Translations under genes and position numbers: made by a program
Notes under the pieces: model-generated
Seen by the model: only the letters and a program-made list of their open reading frames with translations
Databases searched by the model: none
Told to the model about the DNA's origin: nothing
Part shown: positions 54,569 through 64,000 of the stretch, piece after piece
Layout: each line of letters begins with the position of its first letter
Numbering within the stretch: position 1 is the stretch's first letter
DNA from: a bacterium UBP1_UBA4783
GTDB taxonomy: Bacteria > Krumholzibacteriota > Krumholzibacteriia > Krumholzibacteriales > Krumholzibacteriaceae
DNA: 64,000 nt
Assembly: GCA_002403075.1 (NCBI GenBank)
Contig: DHHB01000082.1
Coordinates: 32,213-96,212, forward strand
Direction: 5' to 3'

Positions 54569-56395
54569 GGGAACGAGGCGGATGGCGAGCGTGAGCGGCT
54601 CTCCGTCGGGCACGTTCACGCCGGCGGACCACGAACGGTATCCCGGCTTTTTCAGCTCCACGCGGTGCGGACCGGGCGCGAGAGGGACGGGCTGAGCGAG
54701 CGGGAGCTCGCCCCGGTACGCGCCGTCGACGAAGAGGCGGGCGCCGCGCTCGGATTTCACGACGAGCGATCCGACGATCTCGGCGAGCACGATGCGGCGG
54801 CGCGAGAGCTCGCCTGCGGCGACGCGCACCGTCTCCACGTAATCGCGGTATCCATCCCGCCGGACGACGATCTCGTGCGGTCCGGCCGGCAGCTCGAGCA
54901 TCGATATCCTTCCGGTCGCGGTCTGCGGTTCGCCGTCGACGATGATCGAGGCGGCGGGTTCTACCGAGACGTCGAGGAATCCCGTTTGCGCGCGCGGCGG
55001 GGGCGCCTCGCGCGAGGGGCGCGCATCAGCGGGGAGCGGCGCCGCGGCCGCCGGTTTTCCGCCGGAGGGGGCCGCGACGGGAAACGGGATGTCCACGCCG
55101 CGGTCGGCGTCGCGCTCGACGTCGCGCGCGGCGCCGTCCGCGGAATCGGCTGAAACGCCGGAAAGGGCCGAAGCGTCCGCCGCGGAGCCGGTCCCGATAT
55201 CCATGAGGGAATCGGCCGCGTACGTCCCTCGCGGCGTTCCGGCCTCGATGACCGCGCCGGCCGCGGTCTCGACCGGGACCGTCTCGCCTATCGGCGTCAT
55301 CGTGACGCCGGGCAGCGGCTCGCCGATCGAGGCCGGGATCGCCTCGCGTCGAGGCTGAGCCGGATCGGGGAAGCCCGCGCGGATCGATTGCGGCAGCGCG
55401 CCGAGGAAGCCCGTGTGCACGGCGGCGAGGCCGAGCACTGCGGCGGCTCCCGCGGCGATCGCCGCCGCGCGGACGGGGGAGCTCGCGCGGCGCTTTCCGG
55501 GGCGGCGCAGGACGCGGCGCGGGGCGGCGTCCTCTCCGCACGCGAGAAGGCGCAGCCGCGCGCGGGCGGAGGCGATCGTCTCGGGATCGAGCGCGGCCTC
55601 GATCGCGGAGGCCATCTCGGCGGCGTCCCGGAAGCGCTTCGCCGGATCGAGCTCGAGCGCCCTCATAACGACGGCGTCCGTATCGGGGCGCACGTCTCCT
55701 CTCAGGCGTTTCGGCCCCGCCGAGACGCCGTTCAGTATCTTCCGTATCACCGCCGCGTAGGTCTCTCCGAAAAAGGGCTGCGCGCCGGTGAGCGCTTCGT
55801 AGCAGATCGTGCCGAGAGAGAACAGATCGCTCCGGCCGTCGATCGCCTCGCCGGCCGCCTGCTCGGGAGACATGTAGAGCGGCGTGCCGAGCAGCGTGGA
55901 GGCCAGCGTTTGCTGCGCTTCGGGACGGTGGAGCTTCGCGAGGCCGAAGTCCGTTATGACGACCCGTCCGTCGCGTCCGATCATGACGTTCGCGGGCTTG
56001 ATGTCGCGATGGACGACGCCGCGCCGGTGGGCGTGGTCGAGCCCGAGGCAGATCTCGCGGGCGACGAGCAGCGCGAGATCGTCTCCGAGGACCGGTCTCG
56101 CGGCAAGAACCTCCTTGAGACTCGGCCCGTCGACGTACTCCATGACGATGTAGTGGCCGTCGTCGTCTCGTCCGAAATCGATGATGCGCACGATGTTCGC
56201 GTGGTCGAGCCGCGCTGCGGCCTTCGCCTCGGTCGCGAACCGCTCGGCGAAGCCGGGCTCGGCGGCGAGGTGGGCGTGCAGACGCTTGACGACGACGGGT
56301 CGGTCGAGGGAGACCTGCACGGCCTTGAAGAGCGCGGCCGTGCCGCCCGTCGCGAGCGCGCGTTCGATCCGGTACGTTTCGTCGATCTTATTCAT
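54551..56395 (-). CDS. Ser/Thr protein kinase with a TM segment and C-terminal PEGA-like beta-domains.
   Basis: VHRDIKPANV, DFG and SPE motifs. Ends with ...GPHEIVVRRDGYRDY and ...GPHRVELKKPGYRSW repeats. The start at MNKIDE overlaps the phosphatase stop (ATGA). Confidence 0.8.
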   Translation of the reverse strand: MNKIDETYRIERALATGGTAALFKAVQVSLDRPVVVKRLHAHLAAEPGFAERFATEAKAAARLDHANIVRIIDFGRDDDGHYIVMEYVDGPSLKEVLAARPVLGDDLALLVAREICLGLDHAHRRGVVHRDIKPANVMIGRDGRVVITDFGLAKLHRPEAQQTLASTLLGTPLYMSPEQAAGEAIDGRSDLFSLGTICYEALTGAQPFFGETYAAVIRKILNGVSAGPKRLRGDVRPDTDAVVMRALELDPAKRFRDAAEMASAIEAALDPETIASARARLRLLACGEDAAPRRVLRRPGKRRASSPVRAAAIAAGAAAVLGLAAVHTGFLGALPQSIRAGFPDPAQPRREAIPASIGEPLPGVTMTPIGETVPVETAAGAVIEAGTPRGTYAADSLMDIGTGSAADASALSGVSADSADGAARDVERDADRGVDIPFPVAAPSGGKPAAAAPLPADARPSREAPPPRAQTGFLDVSVEPAASIIVDGEPQTATGRISMLELPAGPHEIVVRRDGYRDYVETVRVAAGELSRRRIVLAEIVGSLVVKSERGARLFVDGAYRGELPLAQPVPLAPGPHRVELKKPGYRSWSAGVNVPDGEPLTLAIRLVPLSESQ

Positions 56396-57120
56396 CGCGC
56401 CGTCGCGAGCCGCGCCGCGAGCGATTCCGGCAGGCCCGCGCTCCGTATCTTTTCCTGCGCGCCCCGGACGTCGTACGGGATGCGCCTGATGACGATGGTG
56501 CCCTTGTGCTCGTCGAGCAGAGCGAAGCTCGCCGCGGCGACGCCGTCCCGCGGCTGTCCGACGCTTCCCACGTTGACGAGATATCGCGATCCGGGAGCGA
56601 CCGCGGCGAACGGAGAACGCAGGACGCGCGACCCCCGCGCGTCGTCGCGCTCGATGATGCCGGGCACGTGGGTATGTCCGATGAAGACGAAACGTTCCGT
56701 CGTTCCCCCGAGGATCGCGTTCGCCTGGTTGAGCGTATAGACGTATTCCCAGCCCATCGGCGCCGTCGGCGAGGCGTGCGCGAAAACGCAATCGCCGTGG
56801 CGGCGGATCGTGTCGTACTCTCCGAGGAGCTCGAGGCTCGACAGATCGATCGCGCGGCATGTCCACAGGATCGCCCGCTCGGCCGCCTCGCCGAACGCGT
56901 CGGTGTCGATGAGCCCGGCCGCCGCGGCGTCGTGGTTGCCGGCGATCCGGATGGCGGCCCGCTCCTGCACGAGCGCGACGCACTCGTTCGGATTGGCTCC
57001 GTACCCGACGACGTCGCCGAGCGAGACGACGACGTCCGGGCGGAGCCGTTCCGCCTCCTCGAGGACCCGCTCGAGGGCCTCGACGTTTCCGTGCACGTCC
57101 GAGAATACGAGGTATCTCAT
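56392..57120 (-). CDS. Metallophosphoesterase (calcineurin-like); likely the kinase's partner protein phosphatase.
   Basis: FSDVHGN, LGDVVGYG and AGNHD motifs. Length is 242 aa. It is translationally coupled to the kinase. Confidence 0.75.
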   Translation of the reverse strand: MRYLVFSDVHGNVEALERVLEEAERLRPDVVVSLGDVVGYGANPNECVALVQERAAIRIAGNHDAAAAGLIDTDAFGEAAERAILWTCRAIDLSSLELLGEYDTIRRHGDCVFAHASPTAPMGWEYVYTLNQANAILGGTTERFVFIGHTHVPGIIERDDARGSRVLRSPFAAVAPGSRYLVNVGSVGQPRDGVAAASFALLDEHKGTIVIRRIPYDVRGAQEKIRSAGLPESLAARLATAR

Positions 57121-57122
57121 GG

Positions 57123-58460
57123 CTATTCCTTGAAGACGAACTCTTCGGCGCCGATCGCGATGAGATCGTCGCGCTCGAGGATCTTCTCGTCGGTTTCCTC
57201 GCCGTTCACCCTCACGCGGGCGCCTCCGCGCCTCATGAGCACCCAGTCGTCTCCCGCCCGCACGATCTCGATCCGCACGCGCGGGGCGAAGAGCCCGCCG
57301 ACGCGTATATCCGCGTCTCTCGCCCGCCCGATCACGGTCCGTTCCTTCGCGAGCGGGTACTCCTCTTGCGCCGTTTTCCGGAAAAGCCGCGGATCGGGCG
57401 GCGGATCCTCTCCGGCGCCCGATCCGGGACGGGGAGGCCCGGCCGCGCGGAACTGCGGAACGACGATCGTCTGGTCGAGCTCGCCGGCGGATGCGCCCTC
57501 GAGCGTCGGAATTTGAAACAGGATGTCGTACTTGCCGACCGATATGACGTCTCCGTCCGCGAGGCGGGCCGAGGTGACGGGGGCCCCGTTCAGCATCGTG
57601 CCGTTCCTGCTCGCGAGATCCCTCACGACGTATCCGTCGCCGCTCGCGGCGACGGCGGCGTGCGAGCGGGAGACGCTCAGATTGTCGATCACGACGTCGT
57701 TGTCGGGAAGGCGTCCGATGGTGACTTCCTGCCCGGAGAACGGGTACGTCCGCAGCGGTCTTCCCTTGAGCCGCACGACGAGCCTGGGCGGCTGGCTCAG
57801 GAAGAACGACGCGATCGATCCCGCGTAGCCGGCGGGGACCGCCCGCACGTCCTCCGCGTGGGTGACGGAGAGGTCGGTGAAGAGGCAGAGCTCGAGCGGA
57901 TGCTTCGCCGAAATCGTGTAGACGGCGACGAGAAAATCCTCGCGGGCGGCCGCGCGTCCGGCCGCCTCGAAGCGGCCGCGGCGGCAGAAGACGGGGGCGC
58001 CGGCCTGGCAGCGGAGCACGATGAGGTCCGCGCGGTCGCGCGCGGTGAGGACGGCGCTCGCGCGGTCCGTTTCCGTGCGGTCGAGGAGCTCGTCGAGATC
58101 GACGAGCGTCGAAGCGACGCGCAGCTCGGGTTTCTTCTGTCCCCATACGAGGAGCGAATGGAAGAGGGCGAGGTCCGTGCGGTACGCGACGATCTGCGGG
58201 AACTGCATGCGTCGCAGGCGCGAGAAGAACTCGCGCAACGGCACGGCGCGCACCCGGTCGCCGTCGTGAGCCCCGGCCCAGTAGATCTGTCCCTCGTTGA
58301 GGAACAGGAAATACTGGATGTCCCCGCTCGAGACCTCGATCACGACCGGCGCCGCGCGGCTCGCCGCGAGCTGCCCGCGGCAGAGTGCGTCGAAATCCTC
58401 CGGGTCGAGATCGCGCGGCTCGAGCAGGACCGATCCGTATGGAATTTGCAGCCGAACCAT
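57123..58460 (-). CDS. Protein with an N-terminal unknown domain and two C-terminal FHA domains.
   Basis: Two FHA cores (VTIGRLPDNDVVIDNLSVSRSHAAV...NGTMLNGAPV ; TVIGRARDADIRV...RVNGEE). Confidence 0.7.
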   Translation of the reverse strand: MVRLQIPYGSVLLEPRDLDPEDFDALCRGQLAASRAAPVVIEVSSGDIQYFLFLNEGQIYWAGAHDGDRVRAVPLREFFSRLRRMQFPQIVAYRTDLALFHSLLVWGQKKPELRVASTLVDLDELLDRTETDRASAVLTARDRADLIVLRCQAGAPVFCRRGRFEAAGRAAAREDFLVAVYTISAKHPLELCLFTDLSVTHAEDVRAVPAGYAGSIASFFLSQPPRLVVRLKGRPLRTYPFSGQEVTIGRLPDNDVVIDNLSVSRSHAAVAASGDGYVVRDLASRNGTMLNGAPVTSARLADGDVISVGKYDILFQIPTLEGASAGELDQTIVVPQFRAAGPPRPGSGAGEDPPPDPRLFRKTAQEEYPLAKERTVIGRARDADIRVGGLFAPRVRIEIVRAGDDWVLMRRGGARVRVNGEETDEKILERDDLIAIGAEEFVFKE

Positions 58461-58485
58461 CGTGCGGTCTCCCAGCCGGCGGGCG

Positions 58486-59682
58486 CTACTTCACCTCTGC
58501 GTGAAAGCGCTTGAGGTTGCGCTTCGCCTTCTCGTTCGCCGGATCGATCTCGAGGGCCCGTTTCCAGGCGCCGATCGCGTCCTCGATCCGCTTCATCTTG
58601 TAGTAGGCGTTGCCGAGGTTCGTGTAGGCGGAGGAGTTGTTCGCGCTCCGGCCGATCGCCTCGTTGTACATCTCGATCGCTTCGTCGTACGAGCCGAGAC
58701 GGTAGAATACGTAGCCGAGGTTGTTGTACGCGGCCGCGAGCTCCGGTTCGATTTCGATCGCCTTCCGGAAGGCCTCGGTCGCCCGTTTCGCGTCGTTCGT
58801 CTCCGTGTAGGCGAGGCCGAGGTTGTTGTACGCCTCGGTCATCGCCGGTTCGATCTCGACCGCCTTGCGGAACAGCTCGAGAGCCTTTTCGTACTGGCCG
58901 TTGTGGTACGCCATGACGCCGGCGTTGTTGTGCCGCCGCGCTTCCGCGGTTCGGCGCTTGCGGCTCTCCTCCTCGATGCTCCGCTTCTGGTTCTCGACGA
59001 CCTGCATGACCCCCTCGTGGCTGCGGGTCAGCTCGTCGACGAGCCGCCGGTTCTCGGCGAGGCCCGTCTCGAGCCCCGAGGCGTTCGTCGATATGGCGTC
59101 CTTCCACGAGGCGATCTCTCCGCGGAACGCGGCGACGCTCTCCGCGCTCGATTCGATCTTCCTCTCGATCTCCTCGCTCCGCGCGTCGAGCGTGAGGGAA
59201 AGGGCCTCGATCGCCGTGTCCCGCTCCCCGGCCGTCGAACGAACGAGCTCTCGCAGCTCCTCGAATCCGCGCGAGACGCCCGTCGAGAGCTCCTCGAGGC
59301 GCGCGGCGTGCTTCGTTTCAAGCTCCGCGAACAGGTCGCGGATCGTATCCGCGGACCCGTCCTGCGCCTGCGGCCGTTCCGACAGGACGCGGTCGAGGCG
59401 ACACTCGTTCGCCGCGTCGTCGTGGAACCGGCAGAGATCTCCGAGACACTCGACGCGCCCGCGGTAGGCCTTGGCGATGAAACGCACGGCCGTTCCGGAT
59501 TCGGCGGCTTCGTCGAGCGGCGTCTCGTCGGGCGGCTTCGACTCCGGATTGATGAAGAGCAGATCCTTCGTCGCTTCCGGCGCCGGACCCTCGCGGGGGG
59601 GCTCGACGTCGTCGAGCTCGCGAACGAGAACGTTCGCGTCCTCGAGCATGCATGTCTGCGTGACGAGCGGGCAGATCTTCAT
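58486..59682 (-). CDS. Cys-cluster/coiled-coil/TPR protein.
   Basis: Start MKICPLVTQTC after RBS AAAGGAGA. N-terminal C..C...C..C pattern, a central coiled-coil and four or more C-terminal TPR repeats. Confidence 0.65.
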   Translation of the reverse strand: MKICPLVTQTCMLEDANVLVRELDDVEPPREGPAPEATKDLLFINPESKPPDETPLDEAAESGTAVRFIAKAYRGRVECLGDLCRFHDDAANECRLDRVLSERPQAQDGSADTIRDLFAELETKHAARLEELSTGVSRGFEELRELVRSTAGERDTAIEALSLTLDARSEEIERKIESSAESVAAFRGEIASWKDAISTNASGLETGLAENRRLVDELTRSHEGVMQVVENQKRSIEEESRKRRTAEARRHNNAGVMAYHNGQYEKALELFRKAVEIEPAMTEAYNNLGLAYTETNDAKRATEAFRKAIEIEPELAAAYNNLGYVFYRLGSYDEAIEMYNEAIGRSANNSSAYTNLGNAYYKMKRIEDAIGAWKRALEIDPANEKAKRNLKRFHAEVK

Positions 59683-59705
59683 GATCGTTCTCCTTTGCGT
59701 GTCGT

Positions 59706-62700
59706 TCAAATCGATTCCGTTTTTTCGATCGTGTATGCCGGCTCCCCGCACGATTCGGCGAGGAACGCGGCGTAGTTGCGCGTCGCGCGCTCGCGACTGT
59801 CGTCCGTTCCGTCGAGAGCCGCGGCCGCCGCGAATATCGCCGCGGCGCGGCCGCTGTCCCCCGCGCGCTCGCGCGCGGTTCCCTCGAGGTAGAGCGCGGC
59901 CCGTTTCGCCCCGGGAGAGATCGCGTCGTCCCCGGCCGCGCCCGCGAGGGCGGCGCACGCGAGGAACGGGCGATCCATGGCGAGGTAGACCCGGCCGAGG
60001 AGCATCGCACGCTCGGTTCTCGGCGGCGCGGCGTTCGTGATCGCCTCGAGCGCCTCGGCGCCTCTGCCCCGCTCGAGGAGCAGCTCGACGAGAAGCTCGA
60101 CGCCGTCCGCGGACTTTCCCGGTTCGGCCGCGCGGGAGGAGAGAGAGGCGATCGCGCGGTCCCCCCACGCGAGATACGATCGTTCGATGCGCTCGTAGAC
60201 GGCAGCCCGGTCCGGCGCCGCGGCGAGCGCCTCGTCGAATATGCGGGAGGCGCGTTCGGAGCGTCCCTCCCCGCGCAGGATCTCGGCGAGCTCGATCGCG
60301 AGATCGAGCGAGTCGGGTCCGCCGAGAACGTTTCTGCCGCGCTCGATGAAGCGCTCCGCCTCGTCGATCCGGCCCGCCGCCGCGAGACGCTGCGCGCCGA
60401 GCGAGAAATGCTCCCGTCGCGGCGCGCGGCCGGCGAGCGCGGCGAGGCGCGGAACGATATCGTCCACGAGGGCGGCGCCGGGATCGGCGACGGCGCCGAT
60501 AGCGGCGAACGCCTCGTCGAACCGGCCGGCGGCGACGAGGCAGTCGGCGGCGAGAAGCGATTTCGCCGCGGCGAGGCCGTCCGGCCACGGGCGCCGGTCG
60601 AGCACGGCGACGATCTCCCCCGCGAGCGAGGCGTCTCGTTCGAGCGACGCGCGAAGGCGCGCGAGGGCTTTCTCGTCCTCCCCGGCGCGCGCCATGAGCG
60701 CGCCGTAGCGGAGAAGAAAGCCGCCGTCCTCGCCGTGCGCGGCGAGGAACGGCTCGACGACCGCCGCGAGCGCCGCCGGATCGCCGGTTTCGTCGGCGAG
60801 GAGACGCGAGAGGGCCTCGCGCGAGCGGGCCGGATCGCCGGCGTCGAGATGCATCCGGGCGAGCATCGCGTTCGCGTCGATCTGGGACGGAGAGTCGGCG
60901 ACGATGCCCTGGAGGACGTCCTTCACGGCCGGGCCGGCGCCCGCGTCGCGCTGGAGCAGCGAGGCGAGGAGCGCCGCAGTCTCCGCGTACCGCTCTTGGC
61001 GCGCGAGTATGCGCGCGTGGAGAAGTCCGAGATCCGCGTCTCCGGGCGAGGTCGATCTCGCCCGCTCGAGCGACGCGGACAGGTCGGCGAGCGATTCGAC
61101 GGAGCCGCTCTCGGCGGACGCGAAGAGGCGGAGCGCCTCCGCGCGGCGTCCCTCGAGCCAGAGGATCTCGCCGAGGAACGCCGCGATTCTCCACGGCTCC
61201 ACGGCGAGCGGCAGGATCAATTCGAGCGTGCGCTTCACGGGACCGCTGTGGTCCGTGGAGAGATCGAGGCATCGCCTGAACGAATCGACGGCCTCGCGTT
61301 CGCGCCCGAGCACGGCGAGCGACCGGCCGAGCAGGAGGTGCGAGCGCGGTTCGCGCGGATCCCGCTCGACGATCGCGCGGAGCTCGCTTTCGATTCCTCG
61401 GGCGTCGGGCCGGTCGGCCCCGAGGGCGGCCTCGAGGCAGCGGAGCGCCTCTTCGAACGCCCCTTCCGCCGAGGCGATGCGCGCGCCGTGGAGATGGAGC
61501 CCAGCGGCCGCCTGCGGCGGCAGGGACGCGAGAGCGCGCTTCAGGATCTCCTTCGCGAGGCCGGCGCGGCGCATCGAGAGCGCCGTCGAGAGCATCGCGT
61601 CCCAGATCGCCGCGTTTCCCGGATCGCGCTCGACGAGCTTGTCGAAGCGCTGCATGATGTCGCGTATCTGGCCGGGATCGAGCTCGAGGGTGCGGCCGAG
61701 ATGCCGCGCCGCCTCGACGAACGATTCCATATCGAGATGGAGGTGATAAAGAGCGAGGTGCAGCATCGCGCTGCCGCCGAGGCGCGCGGCGGCGCGTCCG
61801 TATATGTCGATGAGGCTCCGGCGGAGCCCCTCGTCGAACATCATGAGCTGGTCGAACTCGAACACCGCCCGTTCGATCTCGCCGCGATAGAGGTGGCCGG
61901 TGGCGCGAACGATCCTGAGCGGCTGAGAAAGCTCCTCGTCGGCGGCCATAGCGTCGAGCAGGTCGGCGACGAGACGCCAGCGCCCGTCGTCGTCAGCGGC
62001 GAGATCGCGGAGCTCGGCGGCGAGCGACTCGTGATCCTCCCGGTTCTCGCGGCAGAACGCGGCGACGTGCGGAAGCGCCTCCCCGATATTCCCGCTGCGG
62101 AGCGCGATGTCGACCGCGGCGACGACGCCGGGGAGCGTGACGCCGCACCGGTTCATGATCTCTCCGGCGAGCCGCAAAAGCTCGTCCTCCGGGAGTCCGC
62201 CGGTCCTGCGGAGAAGTCCGAGCGCCTCCTCGGCGCTTTCGCGGTCCCCGAGGCGCGCGCGCAGCTCGGCGAGCAGCATGACGAGCTTCGGATCGCGCTC
62301 GCGCGGCGGCGCGACGAGCGCCGAGACGGCCTCGACGATGCCGGGGATCGCGGTCGCGTCCGCGTCCGCGGCGAGCCGCGCGGCGCGCACGGCGTCATCG
62401 ACGCGCCCTCCCTTCGCGTAGAGTCGCGCGAGCAGCGTTTCTCCCGGGGCGCTCGGCGCCGTCGATTCGATCCGCTCGAGCCACGCGACGATCGCCTCCG
62501 CGCGGGCGGGATCGCGCTCGAGCGATTCCTCGAGCGCCCCGACCGCGTCCTTCATGCGGCCGAGGGACGCGGCGGCTTCGGCGTATGCGAAGGCGACCCC
62601 GCCGAGCGAGAAGAGATCCGCCGGCAGGATGGTGAGCCGCGAAACCGTCCGGCGGCAGCGTTCGAGCCGGTCGGCGGGAGGATCGCCGCCGGCCGCCGGA

Positions 62701-63569
62701 GGCTCGGTGTCCAGGTATTCGCGCAGCGCGGACGTCCCCTCGTCGACGCGTTCCGCGCGGACGAGCGCTTCGCCCGCGAGGAGCCTGCCGTTCGGGAGGG
62801 AGGGAAGAACGCCCTCGATCGCCGCGAGTATCCGGTCGACCGGGGCGGCCGGCCGTTCCATGCACTGGAAAAAGCGCGCCTCGGCCTTGTCCGGATGTCC
62901 GAGGCGAAGCGACGCGAGTCCGAGGGAGAACTTGACCGCGGCGCTTCCCGGCAGCTCGGCGTCGAGCCGGACGAGCGCCTCTCCGATGGGGCGCTCATCG
63001 CCGGAGAGGGTCTCGAATGCCGCGCACAGCATCTCCGCGGATTTCTCGTACTGCTTCGTTTCGCGATAGAGGATCCCGAGGAGAAGGGCGTTCTCGCCGT
63101 AGAGCGCGGACTGTTCCTGACCCTCGTCGGCGAGATTGCGCGCCCGCGTTTCGCACCGTTTCACGAGCTCGCTCGAAAAGGATTCGGGCGCCGTGTTCAC
63201 GAGATCGGCGATCGCCTCGAGGTCGCGGCTTCGCAGATGCGCGTCCACGAGAAAGGCGCCGATAAGCGTGCTCTTCGAGTGGGCGAACGCGCTCCGCGCG
63301 TAATCCATGATGTCGTCGCGCCGGGAGCCGTGGCGCCGGTGCGCGTTCTTGAGGAGGTTCGCCGCCTGCGGATAGTCCGAGAGGTCGAGGGAGGCCTGAA
63401 TCGCCTCCATCGCGAGATCGTAGTCGCCCGGCCATTTTTCGAGCGCCTCGAGCGCGTGCTGGCGCGCCTTGGCGAGGTCGCCCCGCTCGCGGTCCTGCAC
63501 TATCCTTTTCTGTGCCTTCTCCTGCGTGAGAAAGATGGATCCCGAAACCACTTCGCTGATCTTCGCCAT
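59706..63569 (-). CDS. Giant (~1287 aa) all-TPR repeat protein; first gene of the kinase/phosphatase/FHA operon.
   Basis: Continuous TPR-like helical repeats. The start is placed at MAKISEVV after GGAG. Confidence 0.65.
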   Translation of the reverse strand: MAKISEVVSGSIFLTQEKAQKRIVQDRERGDLAKARQHALEALEKWPGDYDLAMEAIQASLDLSDYPQAANLLKNAHRRHGSRRDDIMDYARSAFAHSKSTLIGAFLVDAHLRSRDLEAIADLVNTAPESFSSELVKRCETRARNLADEGQEQSALYGENALLLGILYRETKQYEKSAEMLCAAFETLSGDERPIGEALVRLDAELPGSAAVKFSLGLASLRLGHPDKAEARFFQCMERPAAPVDRILAAIEGVLPSLPNGRLLAGEALVRAERVDEGTSALREYLDTEPPAAGGDPPADRLERCRRTVSRLTILPADLFSLGGVAFAYAEAAASLGRMKDAVGALEESLERDPARAEAIVAWLERIESTAPSAPGETLLARLYAKGGRVDDAVRAARLAADADATAIPGIVEAVSALVAPPRERDPKLVMLLAELRARLGDRESAEEALGLLRRTGGLPEDELLRLAGEIMNRCGVTLPGVVAAVDIALRSGNIGEALPHVAAFCRENREDHESLAAELRDLAADDDGRWRLVADLLDAMAADEELSQPLRIVRATGHLYRGEIERAVFEFDQLMMFDEGLRRSLIDIYGRAAARLGGSAMLHLALYHLHLDMESFVEAARHLGRTLELDPGQIRDIMQRFDKLVERDPGNAAIWDAMLSTALSMRRAGLAKEILKRALASLPPQAAAGLHLHGARIASAEGAFEEALRCLEAALGADRPDARGIESELRAIVERDPREPRSHLLLGRSLAVLGREREAVDSFRRCLDLSTDHSGPVKRTLELILPLAVEPWRIAAFLGEILWLEGRRAEALRLFASAESGSVESLADLSASLERARSTSPGDADLGLLHARILARQERYAETAALLASLLQRDAGAGPAVKDVLQGIVADSPSQIDANAMLARMHLDAGDPARSREALSRLLADETGDPAALAAVVEPFLAAHGEDGGFLLRYGALMARAGEDEKALARLRASLERDASLAGEIVAVLDRRPWPDGLAAAKSLLAADCLVAAGRFDEAFAAIGAVADPGAALVDDIVPRLAALAGRAPRREHFSLGAQRLAAAGRIDEAERFIERGRNVLGGPDSLDLAIELAEILRGEGRSERASRIFDEALAAAPDRAAVYERIERSYLAWGDRAIASLSSRAAEPGKSADGVELLVELLLERGRGAEALEAITNAAPPRTERAMLLGRVYLAMDRPFLACAALAGAAGDDAISPGAKRAALYLEGTARERAGDSGRAAAIFAAAAALDGTDDSRERATRNYAAFLAESCGEPAYTIEKTESI

Positions 63570-63781
63570 AACGACTCCGGCTTGGGTTGAGGTTACGCCC
63601 GAGCTCTGCGAATAACGTACCATTCGGCCGGCGCGCCCCGAGCTTCTTTAATCGTTGAAATTTCGGGGGGTTAGATGTAAAGTATTCTCGCAGGGGCGGC
63701 GTAAGCCCATGATGCCGTTGCAATTTGCGACGACCGGGCACCCGTGCCGCCATGCCGCGGCGGCGCTTCGGAGGGCGAACC

Positions 63782-64000
63782 ATGGCGGGACGATACCTGA
63801 TCGCGACCGAGATATCCTTCTCCGCCTCGCACGCGCTCCGCGCGTATCGGGGTGACTGTGCCCGTGTGCACGGGCACAACTGGATCGTGCGCGTCTGCTA
63901 CGAGTTCGACCGGCTCGACGACGAGGGGCTCACGGTCGACTATCGCGAGCTGCGTTCAGCGCTCGAGCGCGTGATCCTGCCGCGGTTCGACCATCGCCAC
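63782..64000 (+). CDS. queD: 6-carboxy-5,6,7,8-tetrahydropterin synthase. Only the N-terminal 73 aa lie in the window; the gene runs off the right edge.
   Basis: MAGRYLIATEISFSASHALRAYRGDCARVHGHNW... with the CxxxHGH zinc motif. Confidence 0.7.
   Translation, partial: MAGRYLIATEISFSASHALRAYRGDCARVHGHNWIVRVCYEFDRLDDEGLTVDYRELRSALERVILPRFDHRH

Noticed and set aside
63640-63700. Quasi-palindrome CGAATAACGTACCATTCG in the divergent region between the TPR operon and queD.
   Set aside because: The arms are not truly complementary (CGAATA versus CATTCG), and no convincing promoter hexamers flank it.
1-64000. Genome-wide UGA reassignment (code 4/25) as an explanation for the two in-frame TGAs.
   Set aside because: TGA is used as the terminal stop of many well-defined genes here (gltX, rsgA, tricorn and others). 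The 2388-aa and 1547-aa ORFs contain none. 70% GC is atypical for UGA-recoding lineages. Site-specific Sec insertion or pseudogenization fits better.
1-64000. CRISPR arrays, transposases, integrases or phage structural genes.
   Set aside because: No short direct-repeat/spacer periodicity, no DDE or tyrosine recombinase signatures, and no terminal inverted repeats were seen. Apart from small AT-rich promoter islands the window is compositionally uniform.

Overview
This is a high-GC (about 70%) bacterial chromosomal segment. The dense core is housekeeping; interleaved with it are several accessory secreted and signalling loci.

Housekeeping content: a tRNA(CAU)-tilS-hpt-ftsH operon, ilvC, gltX followed by tRNA-Gln and tRNA-Glu, a pdaD-speB-deoxyhypusine-synthase-like polyamine operon, comM/yifB, an acyl-CoA dehydrogenase, nth, nfo, trxB, two rubrerythrin-like genes, rsgA, a heptosyltransferase, tRNA-Val, a tricorn protease and the start of queD.

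Accessory loci:
- a 2388-aa secreted metzincin/beta-propeller protein carrying a T9SS-type C-terminal sorting domain;
- two tandem paralogous secreted beta-sandwich proteins, one interrupted by an in-frame TGA that aligns to Cys of its paralog and forms a CxxU motif;
- a 5'-nucleotidase-like gene, also interrupted by an in-frame TGA;
- a thioredoxin(TlpA)-beta-barrel fusion protein;
- a 31-aa lysine-rich microprotein with its own promoter and terminator, placed immediately upstream of the homospermidine-type operon;
- a 1547-aa sigma54 activator carrying STAND/TPR/GAF modules, downstream of ptsN;
- two Ser/Thr-kinase loci, one a five-gene TPR-TPR-FHA-phosphatase-kinase operon;
- an orphan N6-adenine DNA methyltransferase.

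A recurrent minus-strand promoter architecture, TTTCCCTTGACA-N17-TAnnnT, precedes four operons. One near-consensus sigma70 promoter overlapped by a perfect palindrome precedes the giant protease operon.

No CRISPR array, transposase or integrase was seen. All coordinates are 1-based; start codons are best guesses anchored on the supplied ORF frames.
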